Shown piece after piece: positions 14,531 to 28,918 of a stretch of 64,000 bases of DNA (positions are counted from its first letter, which is position 1; each line of letters opens with the position of its first letter). Below the pieces are notes generated by a model. That model was not told where the DNA came from, searched no databases, and saw only the letters and a program-made list of their open reading frames with translations. The position numbers and the translations under genes were made by a program. This DNA is from Octopus vulgaris (Eukaryota): contig OX597824.1 of assembly GCA_951406725.2 (NCBI GenBank), positions 36,766,001-36,830,000 on the forward strand. Reading direction: 5' to 3'.

Positions 14531-15098
14531 TTGGGTTGTCCGGAAAGTTCATGCCAATTTTTAAAGGAAAGAGAAAAGGTCAATAAATATTTGCCATTAC
14601 ATTTTTAATCAACCAAATATGAACCATTTTGTTTCACAATGCGTCTCAATCTTTCCTTTAACTTGAAAATACCCTCTTCCCAGAATTCAGGTGGTTTCAT
14701 GGCAAAGAATTCATCAAGGTCTCTTTTTAACGTCATCCAAGGAACTGAAATTTTTACCATTAAGACTATTCTGCAGAGACCCGAATAGATGGAAATCTGA
14801 AGAAGCAATATCTGGTGAATATGGAGGGTGGGATAACATGTCCCAGCTGAGCTGCAGCAATTTTTGTCTGGTTCCCAAAGCATCAAGTGCCAAAAATGAA
14901 CTTTCTTATCTTCCATTTTAAAGGGTTACAAAATTAACACAGGTTATAGGAACATAAATCTTCTTCCACAAAAAGATAGCTTAAACTATGTTCTAAATGG
15001 AGGTGGAGTCAAATCCTATTTTATGGACTCAACCATGTTCTAAAATAAGTCAAAAGGTAAGCTACTATCAATCGGCATGAACTTTCCGAACAACCCAA
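14531..15098 (-). mobile_element. Internally deleted mariner transposon (transposase C-terminus, frameshifted)
   Basis: TIRs ttgggttgtccggaaagttcatgcc / ggcatgaactttccgaacaacccaa flanked by TA. Minus strand encodes WDMLSHPPYSPDIASSDFHLFGSLQNSL (YSPDLAPSD motif), then in another frame EFWEEGIFKLKERLRRIVKQNGSYLVD*. Confidence 0.95.
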
Positions 15099-15926
15099 TA
15101 TTAATGGCACAGCAAAGATTTGTAAGACATTCCCAAAATTCTTCATCTGCAATTCTTATGTGAATAGATGCACACACTTGGGTGTATGCACCAACAGTTC
15201 AACCAATACTTGGGTGTAAGAACTGACACTTCACCAACTCAACTACATTTACAAACACCAGGAGCTCTTTTAATTCAGAAAGTCTTGTTAACAACTGGTT
15301 TAAACTCTCTCAAGAAGAACATGTATACATACATATACACATACATACACACATACATGCATGCATGCATGCATACATACATACATACATACATACATAC
15401 ATACATACACATAAACATGCATTCATATGTGCACATAAACATGGATACATACACATGTAAACATGCATACATACAGAGATATGATCGTGCATTCATATGT
15501 ACATACACACATGTGTCAGCATTTTCCTACCATCGATTACTATTAATAATCTATTAATTAGTTCAGTCGTAAAACTTGGTATAGGAAAACTTCACCTGCT
15601 TATCTTCTCTTGCCTCATTAAAGTAGCTTTAACAATGTTAAGCAAAGATCAGTATCTAGGATTTCGTTTTTATTTAATTTTGCATCAGTAATTTCTATAA
15701 ATAATCAATCATTGACTAAGGTTTGATACTGTTTGTACTAAAATATTCATGGTTTAAGTATTATTTGTGCAAAAATGCATTTACCTACAGATCATTTAAA
15801 AACCAGGTCTACTCTCTTGGAAAGTCATGCTAACCACATAACTCCATTTTATATAAAGCCTCACTTTCTTCCTTGGGAATACCTCTTTATGATCCTTACT
15901 TTCGTGCATGCATGCATGCATACATA

Positions 15927-16450
15927 CCGTAAATCCTCAAGTATAGCCTGCCCTTGAGTACAATATGCAGGGAATTTTTAGGGGGCTGTACCTCTGAAAA
16001 ACCTAAACCTTGTGTATAAATTGCACCCCTTCTCTAACTTGAGTCAAGGAGGTCTATATAACGTCCTTGGTTTGTAAAAATGTATACGGTAATGTCCTTT
16101 ATTATTATGGTATATATAACATAATGCAAACGTGTAGCTTTTTTGTGTATTTTGTTTGCAGAAAATAAAGAAAAAAAACAGTAATAACAGTAATAACGTT
16201 TAATAAATGTTGCTTACTGCAAGTTATGGATTGTTCTTTTATGACTTCATTGCTTTCAGGCTTAGCTTAAGGTATTTCCGCACCTAACATCACAAAATGT
16301 GTCTGAATAAACATAGCCAAACAGCAAATAGAGACTCAGACATTGCTTAGAAAATAATTTTCATTTTTAACCTCGTATATAGTACGCACTAGGGATTTTG
16401 ACCTTTAAATTTTTTGGGGAAAAATGAAGATTATACTCAAGGATTTACGG
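15927..16450. mobile_element. Non-autonomous Tc1/mariner-superfamily (Tc2/pogo-like) element
   Basis: TIRs ccgtaaatcctcaagtata / tatactcaaggatttacgg with TA on both sides, inserted in a (CATA)n tract. Confidence 0.85.
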
Positions 16451-18217
16451 TACATACATACATACATACATACATACATACATACATACATACATACATA
16501 CATACATACATACATACATACATACATGTGTAAATTCGTAGGCACATAGCCCACAAATTTACATAGAAACCTAGAAATATTTGGTTTTTCAAGAAAGAGC
16601 AAAAGAAACTGACATGGATTCTCCAAATCCAATCTATTAGTGGTACAATGAAGATTTGTAAGATATTCTAAAGATTCTCCATTTGAGATTCTATAGATGA
16701 AAATATGCACACACTTAGGTGTGTGCATTGACAGCTTAACCAACACACCAAACTAACTATATATTTACAAACATCAGAAACTCTCTTCACTGAAAAAGTC
16801 TCGTTGCTTTGTTAGTGACTGACTTGATATCCTTTAAGAGCTTACATAAAGCTCAAAGAAAGATCTCTCTCACACACACACCCTCTTTTAATGTCTGTCT
16901 TTTCCAGGTTGGCATCAGTTCAAGGGCTCAACAAGATCTGATGGATCACTGGACTGAATCATGTTCCAATGTCGGCTTTGGCATGGTTTCTACAGCTGGA
17001 TTCCCTTCATAACACCAACCACTTTACAATGAACACTGTGTGCTCAATATTCACTAGTGAGGTCACCATATAACTTGCAAGACCAAGACACTCTTCAGCT
17101 GAGTGGGGTTACAGTGAAGAGGGAGGTACCTTTATGCTATATGACAAAGGAAGGTGACAGGAAAAGGTTTCTTGCAGTAGACAAGATCCATGGTTGCTCA
17201 CATTCTAGAAGGGTTGGTGGAAGTGCATGAAGTGGATGGGCAGAGTCGGAAAGGGAATGGCTTCAGGCTGTTTGTGCCTTTCCTCAGTGGTGAATACCTA
17301 GCCACTAGAGATTGTAGGAATTCACTCCAGCTCACAATCACAATAAATAGAAAACCAAGTGACAAACCGTCACTGATCTTACAACAAGCAAAGTAGCTTG
17401 TTAGAAAATCTCTATAAGAGATAAAAATAGTAACAATACTGAGAGGTAATGTTTATCACCACATCAATATGACTGTTTGACATTACTACTGTTTTAAACC
17501 CAAGAAGAGCCTTCTCCAGATGGTTATTGATGCAATCTACACTCAGTATATAAAATAATTCCCTTTTATTTTATATATTCTGTAGAAAGATGTCCTATTA
17601 GAGTTGTTCATTGAAATGAAATACCAATTTTACTTCAATGGATGCCCAGAGTTGAAATACCTTTAAGTTATTTTCAGTTATAGGAATTTATGGAGCAGAA
17701 GTTTTTTTCTCCATTATTTATCAGTCTACAAAGATTGCTTAAAGCAACATAAAACTAATTCCAACTCACTCTCTCCCAATCACTCTTTCCCTGTGTGCCA
17801 AACAGAATATTGTGATAAATACTTCATCCTTCCACCCACTTACATTTTATTTAAGACTTATTCGCTCTTTGTCATTTGGTAGCCTCTTGACTTTCCCTTA
17901 TCCATTTCTTTCACATGGGTGCAAACAAAAACAAATTATCACTCACACACTCTCTCTTTCCCTGTCTCTCCATGTATATACATACATACATACATACATA
18001 TATTTATATGTGTATGTATATATGTATGTATGTATGTATGTATATGTATATATGTATGTATATGTGTGTATATATATATGTGCGTGTGTGTATATATATA
18101 TATATACATATATATATATCATATATATGTATTTATTAACTGGTATTCTTCAATAAGATAAGTTATGACTTTATTTTTTTTATTTTTCATTACTATTATT
18201 ATTAATAATATTACTAT

Positions 18218-18319
<102 letters not shown>

Positions 18320-18549
18320 ACTATTAAAATGTGTGTGCTTGTGTTTATGTACATCTTTTTCTCCCCAACTTTCTGTTATAGCTATTGCCATGTATTCTGC
18401 TGCCTCAATAGTGCTGAATCTCTTTAATTTGATATTCTACTTCTTCCCTTTCTTCATTGAAAACTTTGACACATCTAGTATTTCTCTTATTCCCCACTCT
18501 CCCTCCCTCCCCCCTCTCTCTCAATATATATTTTCCTTTTTTATCTGTA

Positions 18550-18615
<66 letters not shown>

Positions 18616-18929
18616 CAAGTAGTCAAGTAACAGCCTTAGGTAGAACTACTGATTATTGCAGATAGATTTGTCAGCTACTGGAACTAACGTCAGCTTATTT
18701 TAATTAATTTAAGTGAGAAGTCAAAATTTGTGAAGATGAGCTCAAGTTATGGTCATTATAGACTGAACTCAACCCTTGTATGTTATAATTTGCTAGAAAC
18801 GATGTTGCCATCACTAATGTTGTGGGGGAAAGATGACTTAGTCCATGTCCACATTTTAATGTAGTTCCATCATATTTGAAGAGGTGGCACAGCAGAATTC
18901 CCGTTTGAAAAAAATATATATAAGGACAC

Positions 18930-20680
18930 AGATCGTGTCATATAGCCAGCTGGAAACGATGTCTCCTGAGGCTAAATTACTGCAACATTCGTCCTAAACC
19001 AGGACTGCCATGTTATGTTGGCAAACAATCTTTACTCCAAAGTACTGTTGCTGAATATCTCTTGTTGTGAGATTTAAAAAAAATAATTTTCTAAGTGAAT
19101 ACTTTTGTCTGTGACTTCTTCATAAACTGCAAGGTTCAAATTCATTTCAAAATATTTACATCATCAATAGCAAGCTTTACACCATTTTTAGAGATATATA
19201 TTTATATTTAGATTGATGGAAAACGATGCTTAATGGGATACATCATAACCAGAAAGATTTTGTATATCAGCCAAGAATCTTGGATTTCTTTGAACCAAGC
19301 TGTTAATCTGTTTTACCTTTGGTTCAAGTATCATGATGACCTTGCTTAAGGTTTCTAATGTCAAGCTCAACAATGTTGTACAGAAATAGGGTACACCAAT
19401 GAAATTTACAATGCAGCTCTCAACAAGGACATGAATGGATAAGAATTGAAATATATAGCCTCCTTCAACTTAAATATACTGGATTCAAGAATTTAGTATC
19501 AGAAATTTTGAAATGAATGTCATATAATGTTGACTCATTAAGAGCATACATTAAAATGATGATGAAACCAAACTCGGTGTAGACCAGAGGAGAGTCTATT
19601 CTGCTAGCTTTTTTCAATAGAGTTCAGCAACAAGAAGCTACTATTGCAAAGATAGTCTTGATCAGTCTAAGATAGAAGCATCTCTAAGTCCATCAACATA
19701 AGGCATAACCATTGCAGTTGTTTCTTCTGATATTGCTACCACAGCCCTTCCTGGAAGTCAAATAGTACATTCAGCTTTAAGCTCCACTTAGATTTGAGCA
19801 CAAATGAGAATTCTATTAGCAATGTTGTGAAGAATTTGAGAACTGGACAAATTCTTAAGAGATGCTAAATGATTCATTGGAATGCAATCACAATTGCATA
19901 CAAGAGACCTCTGGAGGCCCTGGCAGGACATTGCAGGATTTGCATGACAATAGATCTCAAATAGGAGGTGTAACAGTAGTGTTTTTAAGAGACCCCCATT
20001 AGACCTTGCTAGTAATCCCAAAAGGAACAAAAACTAATTAAACTGTGGTTGCTTTAAATCCTTCACTTGAGACTAAAGTTAAAACCTTCAAATGGTTTAC
20101 AGTCAAGAGAGTCCATCTTTTTGGCAATCAGTTGTCTGGTCATTTGTGGTGGTGATGTTGGAAGAGATCAACTGTTTGGTCTTCTTGTTATAAAATATAT
20201 TACAAGTTTTATAGAAGGAAAATTTACTTCCAACCATAATATAACAATAGGTCCAGCTGCATTCGGTAGAAGTGATTGAAACAGCAAACAAATTGATATC
20301 AAAGGTGTTTTTCAATCTGAAACATTATTAACAGGCACATAAGTGGCTGGGTGAAAAAACAACTGTCTGAATCAACATCAATTGGCAGCTGTTACAGGCA
20401 ATTCCATGGAAATATTCAAACTTATAAATCAAGAGAAACTGTTTAGAATCTGGAAGAAATTGTTCATTAGTCTGCAGAATTATACAATTTTACCAAAGCC
20501 TTCAGGGCTATCATGACACAAGGATTCCTCAAAATACTGCTTCATGATCAGCCACAGATATACAAGAGGACAAAATTATTGGTTAAAGAGCTTACGCCAC
20601 ATACCATATAGATTAATTAATTTCACTGAGTGTATCAAAGAAGAGGATGTAATTATGTCCAGAATTCTACGCATACCAAT
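18930..20680 (+). mobile_element. Decayed Helitron Rep/helicase (PIF1-type helicase domain)
   Basis: Ordered degenerate motifs with many stops and frameshifts: LMENDA*WDT (~19215), AVVSSDIATTALPGSQIVHSA-KLPL (~19715-19790), RTLQDLHDNRSQIGGVTVVF (~19925-19985), TLLVIPKGT, HKWLGE, PSGL, KEEDVIMSRILRIP (~20640-20680). Confidence 0.88.
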
Positions 20681-21514
20681 TGGTGTGGCTGTTTCCATTC
20701 AGAATACTTCAATTTCCAGAAAACATAGGTTTAGCCATCATCAACATCATTATCATCATCATCATCATCATCATCACCATCATCATCCATTAATAAACTC
20801 CAGAAATAAACATGGACGATTCTTGCTGGACTGCATATTGATTTATTAATAACCAATTCTATGTTGGCTATTCAAAAGATGGAAGTCTCTTTAAAGTTTC
20901 TTTATTTATATCACAGATGGTAAATGCCATAAACATGGACAAGATGTTGACAAGACAATCTTTGAAATTTCCAACTTTCCAACAATTTCCAACGATTGGG
21001 GCTTATTGCAACTCTTATTTCTTCATCATTACCTATATTACGATTCCAATATTTGGCTATCTCAGTTTCTCTGGATACTCTGGTTTCCACACATTGTAAG
21101 AATGAGTTCATTTTTATCTGAGTGTTTTTTCTCAACACACCTGTTTTACCCATTTTTCAAATTATTTTAAACATCAAAGAATTCCAAGAGTAAAAGACAA
21201 TACTTCATGTTTGATAATAGCTTCAAATAAAATAAAACTCATTTCACATTTATCAAATCTTCTGCTCATTTTTTAATCTCCTTGAATTAGATCTATGCTA
21301 TTTACGCAAATTAGTAACCATACTATTATATTATCTGTGTAACCATAACACACTTCATTACACATTTGACTGGTAGGAACATATTGGAGACCAATTTCAT
21401 TTCATACATGAAAGATAACTTTTCAAGTGGAGTCTATCAGAATTCTATTAAACTGAATGATTTATTTAAGATACTTCTGGTCCATTTATTTTCCAGATGG
21501 AGTAATACCAGCTA

Positions 21515-21595
<81 letters not shown>

Positions 21596-22469
21596 CCTCT
21601 CTCTCTCTCCCTTGTATTATAATGTTCTATTTATATTATATACTTATTTATTTGCTCATTTCACACACATTTTTAAATGTTGGCAGGAGATACATTTCAA
21701 GTACCATTTTAGAGATGAACACACTTTCTCCTATCAACCTCATCTTCGGTTCTAGAAGTGTAGAGCAGCTGATCATAGTGTCAACAGTGAATATAAACAT
21801 CCCATTACCATTTTGCAGATAAGTGATGACATGGACTATCAATACTTGCTCACATACACACTGTATAACAAGGACTGGAGCATTAAGAAATGTTGCCTTC
21901 AAATGCACACTCAACACTACTTATGTGAACTTTTGCATCATCAAAAAAATCAACAATCTCAAACAAAATATAGTTGCAAAAGAAATTATTATATTTCATG
22001 GTTCCCTATAAACTTCCAACCATTTTACAATTTTCAAAATAACAGTGGAATTCATATCAACTCTTCCTCTCACACTCTCTACTTTGACCAGTCTCATGAC
22101 ATTTCCCTTCATCCATCTCACATTCAGTTCTTCCTTTCAATGTGTCTTACCAAATCTTAGTATACCACATTTGATCTTAACTTTCTTCTCCATTAGATGA
22201 ATCTTACTGGTTTTCTTTGCCAATGATTTTCAGTGGTAAATGCAGATGGCAATGTTTGTAATCTGACTCTTTGGCAACCTTCAGCTACTTAAAATTCATA
22301 GCAAGCTCTGGTCACTTGTAGAGTGATCTAATTGACCAGCAGGTGGCTGAATCTATCTTTACACAGTGTTTTTTAAATGATACCACCCATGCTGGCAGGG
22401 TGAGCAGGCCTCTTCATTTTAGCCGGCTTCTGACCTCTAGAAAATCAATTATGTTCTTGCTTCTACAAG

Positions 22470-23330
22470 ACAGTCTTTCCATAGGCAGCAAGCTGATTTT
22501 TTGGAAGAACTCCAGTCTTTTAGATCTCATATTTGTTCTAACACATCTAAAATGAGCAAAAGGATATGAGTCGCCTCTTTGCATAAATTATAAATTAGAT
22601 AATGGTATGGCCTTCAATAGCATAAATTTGAATGCAGTGCTGATGTCTCTGGAGATGCAAGGAATTGAGGCACAATACATCAAACTTCTCCGGGAAGTGA
22701 ACTCAGGATGTACCATTGATATAATTTCACTGCCACCACCCTAAGACTTCTGGTGGAGAAGGGTTGTCATAACAAGAATATATCACCTCTCTAAAGTTTT
22801 TCGCTTCAAGTATCAAAATGAGAAACTGATAGGAAAGGTGGCATCAACAACAACGGTAAGCAACTTACACATTTCTGACTCACAGACAAGGCTGTGCTCA
22901 TCAGATGAACCATAAATCTACTGTAGACCATACTAACAGAACTGGACACCCAGACTTCCTCAGCAGGAGGATTCATAGTAAATTGCTTGAATAAAAAATA
23001 CAGAGACAACAAAAATTGCAAAAGGCTTATTAGTGATGAGTAGTGATGATAGCGAGGAGTCGAAGCAGTACTTCTGTTTGAGACAGATAAATATATATTG
23101 AAACATGAACACTGAAATCTCACATGGAGTAAGAGAGGAGTAGACGGTGTTTGCTTCAAATAAAGATGAGCCCAGAGGTCAGTGTATCAATCTCTTCATT
23201 GGTACCATTCTACCTTTACTTTGTGAGGCATAGCTTTCTTGAAGAAGAAAGAACAATGGTTGGCTATGAGATAGAGAGCCATGGAATGATCCTGACCAAG
23301 AATATCAATCCTGATGCATTACCAAAACAA
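22470..23330 (+). mobile_element. Decayed RTE-clade LINE reverse transcriptase and 3' end
   Basis: RQQADFWKNSSLLDLIFVL, MAFNSINLNAVLMSLEMQGIEAQYIKLL, VEKG..ITSLKFF, GINNNGKQLTHF*LTDKAVLI (degenerate FADD region) in RT order. Confidence 0.8.
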
Positions 23331-24349
23331 CTTATTTTGAGAACGATCCCAGCCACCTTATTGCCTCCACCTGCACCTATATATATATATATATATATGC
23401 ACACGCATGCATGCACACACAAACATACACATGAATACATACAAACATTTAGATATATACACACATATATAGATATATATGTATATACACACATATACAA
23501 ACACACAAACATATATCATCATCCTTTACCATCCATGTTCCAGGTTGGCAGGAGTCGGGTGGTTTGACAAGGCGCTGATGGGTCCAAAAACTGCACTGTA
23601 CCCCAGTCTCTGCTTTGGCACAGTATCTAAGGTTGGATGCACTTCCTAATGCCAACCAATTTACAGAGTGTACAAGGTGCTTTTTTAATGCTACTGGCTC
23701 TAGTGAAGTTGCCATGTAGCTCACAAGTCTATAAAACCAAGATGAGGGGGAAGGTCTAGAGCATGAGAAAAAGTTGGGTTAGAGCAGGTTCTTGTAAAGG
23801 AGCTCCATGGCTACTCACATTTTTGGGAGAGAGTCAGAATGAACCAGTGGTATGTCTAAAGGGCTGAATAATGGTGAGATGTCCAGGTGGCACCTCTAAG
23901 TATGAGGTGAGTATTGGTGGGGGGAGACAGAGAAGCTAGAAGCATGTGGAGATGGGGATGGAGGAGGAAGGGGTTCAAGGGTGTATGAGAATTGGTAAGA
24001 TATAGGGGAAAAATTGGTAAGGGGCAAGTAGGCAAGATGTGTAAAGAATGGATAGGGTTAATGGAGTGGATGGAGAAAGTGATGGGTATGTGGGTAGGAG
24101 AGGCCAGTGGTGCAAGGGTTGGGGAAGGTAGGGAGATGCAAGCAACAGGACAGTAATTATGAGGCAAATGAGAGGGAAAGGAAAGAAAGGAGGCATGTTT
24201 GGGTAGGTTGCTTGAGAGCATGAGAAGAAGAGTGTGAGGGAGAGAGAAAGAGAGAGACAGACAAACAGACAGGCAAGCTGACATATATAGCATGCAAGAG
24301 ATAATTAGATGGTCCAGTGCTAGGACAGGATGACCAACATAATTCTTCT

Positions 24350-24754
24350 TTTCTTTTTCCGTTTACTTGTTTCAATCATTTCACTGTGGCCATGCTGGAG
24401 CACCACCTTTAGTCGAGCAGATCAACCCCAGAGCTTCTCTGTGAGCCTAGTACTTATTCTATCGGCCTCTTAAGCTGAACCGCTAAGATACAGGGACATA
24501 AACACAACAGCATCGGTTGTCAAGCGATGTTAGGGGTACAAACACAGACACATAAGCACACACACACACACACACACACATATACATATACGACGGGCTT
24601 CTTCCAGTTTCCATCTACCAAATACACTCACAAGGCTTCGGTCGGCCCGAGGTTATAGCAGAAGACACTTGCCCAAGGTGTCATGCAGTGGGACTGAACC
24701 CATGACCATGTGGTTGGTAAGCAAGCTACTTACCACACAGCCACTCCTGCGCCT
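24350..24754 (-). mobile_element. Full-length CORE-type tRNA SINE
   Basis: Reverse complement of the 40856-41256 family along its whole length. Confidence 0.9.
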
Positions 24755-24944
24755 ATAATGTGAGGCTTACAATTGAGATGATTCTGGGTAGCAAGAAAGA
24801 GAAATGGTAACAGAATGAGGGGTGGGGAGAGCTACAGCAGGAAAGAGATGTGATGGGGAAGTAATGCAAAGAGGTGACTGATTAAGTGAGGGTCCCAATT
24901 ATGCTCTCTCGCATGCACACACATATGCACGCACACGCACGCAT

Positions 24945-24994
<50 letters not shown>

Positions 24995-25637
24995 GGATTT
25001 CAGAAGTGAGACAAGAATATGTTTCTTGCTGAAGATGAGATACATGTTTACTCCACCTTATATAAGGGTGAGTAGGAGTAAATAGGGTGAAGTTGGAAAG
25101 GGAGTTATGTTCAAGGCAGAAGAAAAGGATTAAAAGAGTTAGGGGACAAGACAATCAGGAGTGGTTGCAAAGTAAATTTAGCAGGTGGATGGAGAAAGGG
25201 AAGTGAGGGGTGGTTAGGAAGAGGGGTAGGGATGAAAGTAGAGGATGGTGTGCAATAATGAAGATGTAGTCGATGGTAAATATGAGATGGGGTAAAGCTG
25301 GTAAGAATGAAGGATGGATGTCAATGGAAGTGGCTCAGGGGAGAGGAGGTAATGAGTGGCAGTACAGAAACAGTGAAGAGCAACAGAATAATGCAGAGGT
25401 TAGAAGTGTGCTGGAAGGATGAATAAGAAAGAGATGAAAGGGTGATTAAAGTTTGACAGAGACAAAGTGGATTTCTAGCTTTGTTGTGTATATACACAAA
25501 ATGCTTTTAAAGCTTCAGTTTTGCAATGATCAGCAGGATTTCTTGTCTTCTAAACATCAGGAGCACCAAACATTTCCATTTTGTATGTAAGTGTGTATAC
25601 ATGCATGCATGCATACATACATACATACATACATACA

Positions 25638-25669
<32 letters not shown>

Positions 25670-25671
25670 AG

Positions 25672-25994
25672 TAAATGTCAGGGAAAGCAACTTAGATCTA
25701 TTTATAAAGTATATTACATACATGAAATACAAAAAGTGTATATATGTATACACATATAAAGGTCCATCTTACACAGAATACAAGTGATATAAAGAATTAA
25801 GGGGGTTGAGGAAAGCTATTAGCTGCTGGATTTGTAATATTTTTCCACAACCCCTCTAATTCTCTATATCATTTGTATTCTGTGTAAGTCGGACCTTCTT
25901 ATATATATATATATGCATATATACATTTTTTGTATTTCATGTATTTAATATACTTTATATACTGATCTGTCTAACTTGCTTATCCCAACATTTA
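25672..25994. repeat. Long imperfect inverted repeat (~150-bp arms), probable Penelope-like fold-back
   Basis: e.g. cttacacagaatacaagtgatata pairs with tatatcatttgtattctgtgtaag and catgaaatacaaaaa with tttttgtatttcatg; loop ~25822-25835. Confidence 0.85.
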
Positions 25995-26077
25995 ATTCTA
26001 TACCCGCTCAGGTTTGAATCTCTTGTGAACTACTAAGGGTATTCTACAAGGAGAATACCGGGATCTCATCTATGAAC

Positions 26078-26127
<50 letters not shown>

Positions 26128-26201
26128 CATACATACATATGTACATGTGTGTGGGTGTATATACACATCTATATGTATGTGTGTCTATATATGTATGTAT
26201 A

Positions 26202-26255
<54 letters not shown>

Positions 26256-26311
26256 AATACATATATGAATGTATATATATATATATACATATATGTGTGT
26301 GTATATTATTA

Positions 26312-26348
<37 letters not shown>

Positions 26349-26767
26349 CATGATCATCATCATTATTATTTAAAACAGTTTGATTTGGATCCTTGTGAGT
26401 TAAAGTTTTGCAGATTTCTAACAGAAACTCACCTCATTCAGGTACATATTACCAAATCTCTCTCTCTCTCTCTATATATATATACACACACACACACACG
26501 TGCATGCACACCCACACACACAAACACACATGTATATTTGTGTAGGCATTAGGAAGGGCATCCAGCAGTAGAAACAATGCCAAAGTGGACAACAGAGTCT
26601 GATGCAGTTCTCTGGTTTGCCAGTTCCTGTCAAACCACCCAACCCATGCCAGCATGAAGGACAAAGGAAAATAGCACTGGAAAAGATGGCTTTGTGCCAG
26701 ACAAGAGACTAGAGTAAGGAGTAGGGGGACAAAGAATATTGTGAAGATGTGAGGGAGCACACACACA

Positions 26768-27361
26768 TGCAGGGGTGGTTGTATGGTAAGAAGCTTGCTT
26801 CCCAATCACATGCTTCGGGGTTCAATCACACAGTGTGGCACCTTGGGCAAGTGTCTTCTACTATAGCCTTGAGCAGACCAAAGCCTTAAGAGTGGATTTG
26901 GTAGATGGAAAAGGGACGAAAATCATTATACATATATGTTTGGCCCCCATCCATTGCTCAACAACCAATACTGGTGTGTTTATGTCCCCATGACTTAACA
27001 CTTCAGCAAAAGAGACTGACAGAGTAAGTATGAGGCTTACAAAGAATAAGTCCTGGGGTCAATTACTTCAACTAAAATCCTTTAACGTGGTGCTCCAGCA
27101 TGGCTGCAGTCAAATGACTGAAGCAAGTAAGATAATAAAAGATTATATATATATATCGCGGGCATGGCTGTGTGGTTAGGGAGCTTGCTTCCTAGCTACA
27201 TGGTTTCGGGTTCAGTCCCACTGCGTGGCACTTTGGGTAGGTGTCTTCCACTATAGCCCCGAGCCGACCGGAGCTTTGTGATTGAATTCGGTAGGTGGAA
27301 GTTACTGCCGTGTGTGTATGTGTGCGTATAGCTGCTCAGTGCCTCTCCGAAAGAGAGAGAG

Positions 27362-27428
<67 letters not shown>

Positions 27429-27497
27429 TATATACATATATATATACATATATATATATGCATATATATATATACATATATATATACATATATATAT

Positions 27498-27588
<91 letters not shown>

Positions 27589-27908
27589 GAGGTACAATGG
27601 CCCAGTGGTTAAGGCAGGTGACTCGCGGTCGTAGGGCCGCAGTTTTGATTCCCAGACTGGGCGTTGTGAATGTTTATTGAGCGAAAGCGCCTAAAAGCTT
27701 CATGAGGCCCTGGCAGGGAGTGGTGGCAATCCCTGCTGTACTCAACAGGGATTGCCACCACCCCTTTTCTCTCACTCTTTCTTCTGTTGGCCTGCATGCT
27801 TAGCCAGTGGGGGTGGTGTCATTTGAAAGCTAAAACAATGCAAAGTGCATTGTGACCAGCGATGTGTAGCAACATCTGATAGCCTGGTCGGTCACGGTGA
27901 TCACGGTG
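26768..27908 (+). mobile_element. Cluster of three SINEs separated by (TA)n microsatellite
   Basis: CORE-type copies at ~26768-27143 and ~27158-27350; a different tRNA-headed family at 27587-27908. Confidence 0.8.
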
Positions 27909-27939
27909 ATATATATATATATATAGATAAATAGATAAG

Positions 27940-28025
<86 letters not shown>

Positions 28026-28676
28026 TAGAGATACATATATATACACACACATATATATATATATGTATGTATATGCAATTATATTGACTTGAAATTTTAG
28101 GTGGTGTCTGGTCGAGTACACATTGTGAGCTAGGAAGTCGCAGATGCATACCTGGGTGAATTCAACTGCTAGTGTAATGACCATATGCACAGATATTGTG
28201 GGCATTTAGTATGGGCAATGGTCAGTGATGGTTCCCCTTGGTCATTAGTGGACAGCCATCATTATCATCATCATCATCACATATGTATCTATATACATAT
28301 ACACACAAACACACAAATACATATATGCATGCACATATATATATGCATATACATATATACATAGATATGTGTATGTATACATACACACGCACACACACAC
28401 ACACAAACATGCACACATTTATATGCATACATACATAAATATGTATATATTTTAATAATCCTTTCTACTGGAAGCACAAGGCCTCAAATTTGGGGAAAGG
28501 AATTAAGTCCATTACATCGACCCTCTGGAGCTGAACTGGTACTTATTTTATTGACCCCCAAAAGGATGAAATGCAAAGTCGACCTCGGCAGAGTTTGAAC
28601 TCAGAATGTAGCAACAGTATTTCAACCAACAAACTAATGATTCTGCCAGCTCGCCTTATATGTGTTTTAATAATAA

Positions 28677-28726
<50 letters not shown>

Positions 28727-28799
28727 ATTATATATATATATATATATAAAATATAATTATATATATATATATATAATATATTATATATATATATATAAA

Positions 28800-28918
<119 letters not shown>

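Noticed and set aside
27720-27770. Rho-independent terminator
   Set aside because: Eukaryotic SINE context; the hairpin is better explained by template switching.
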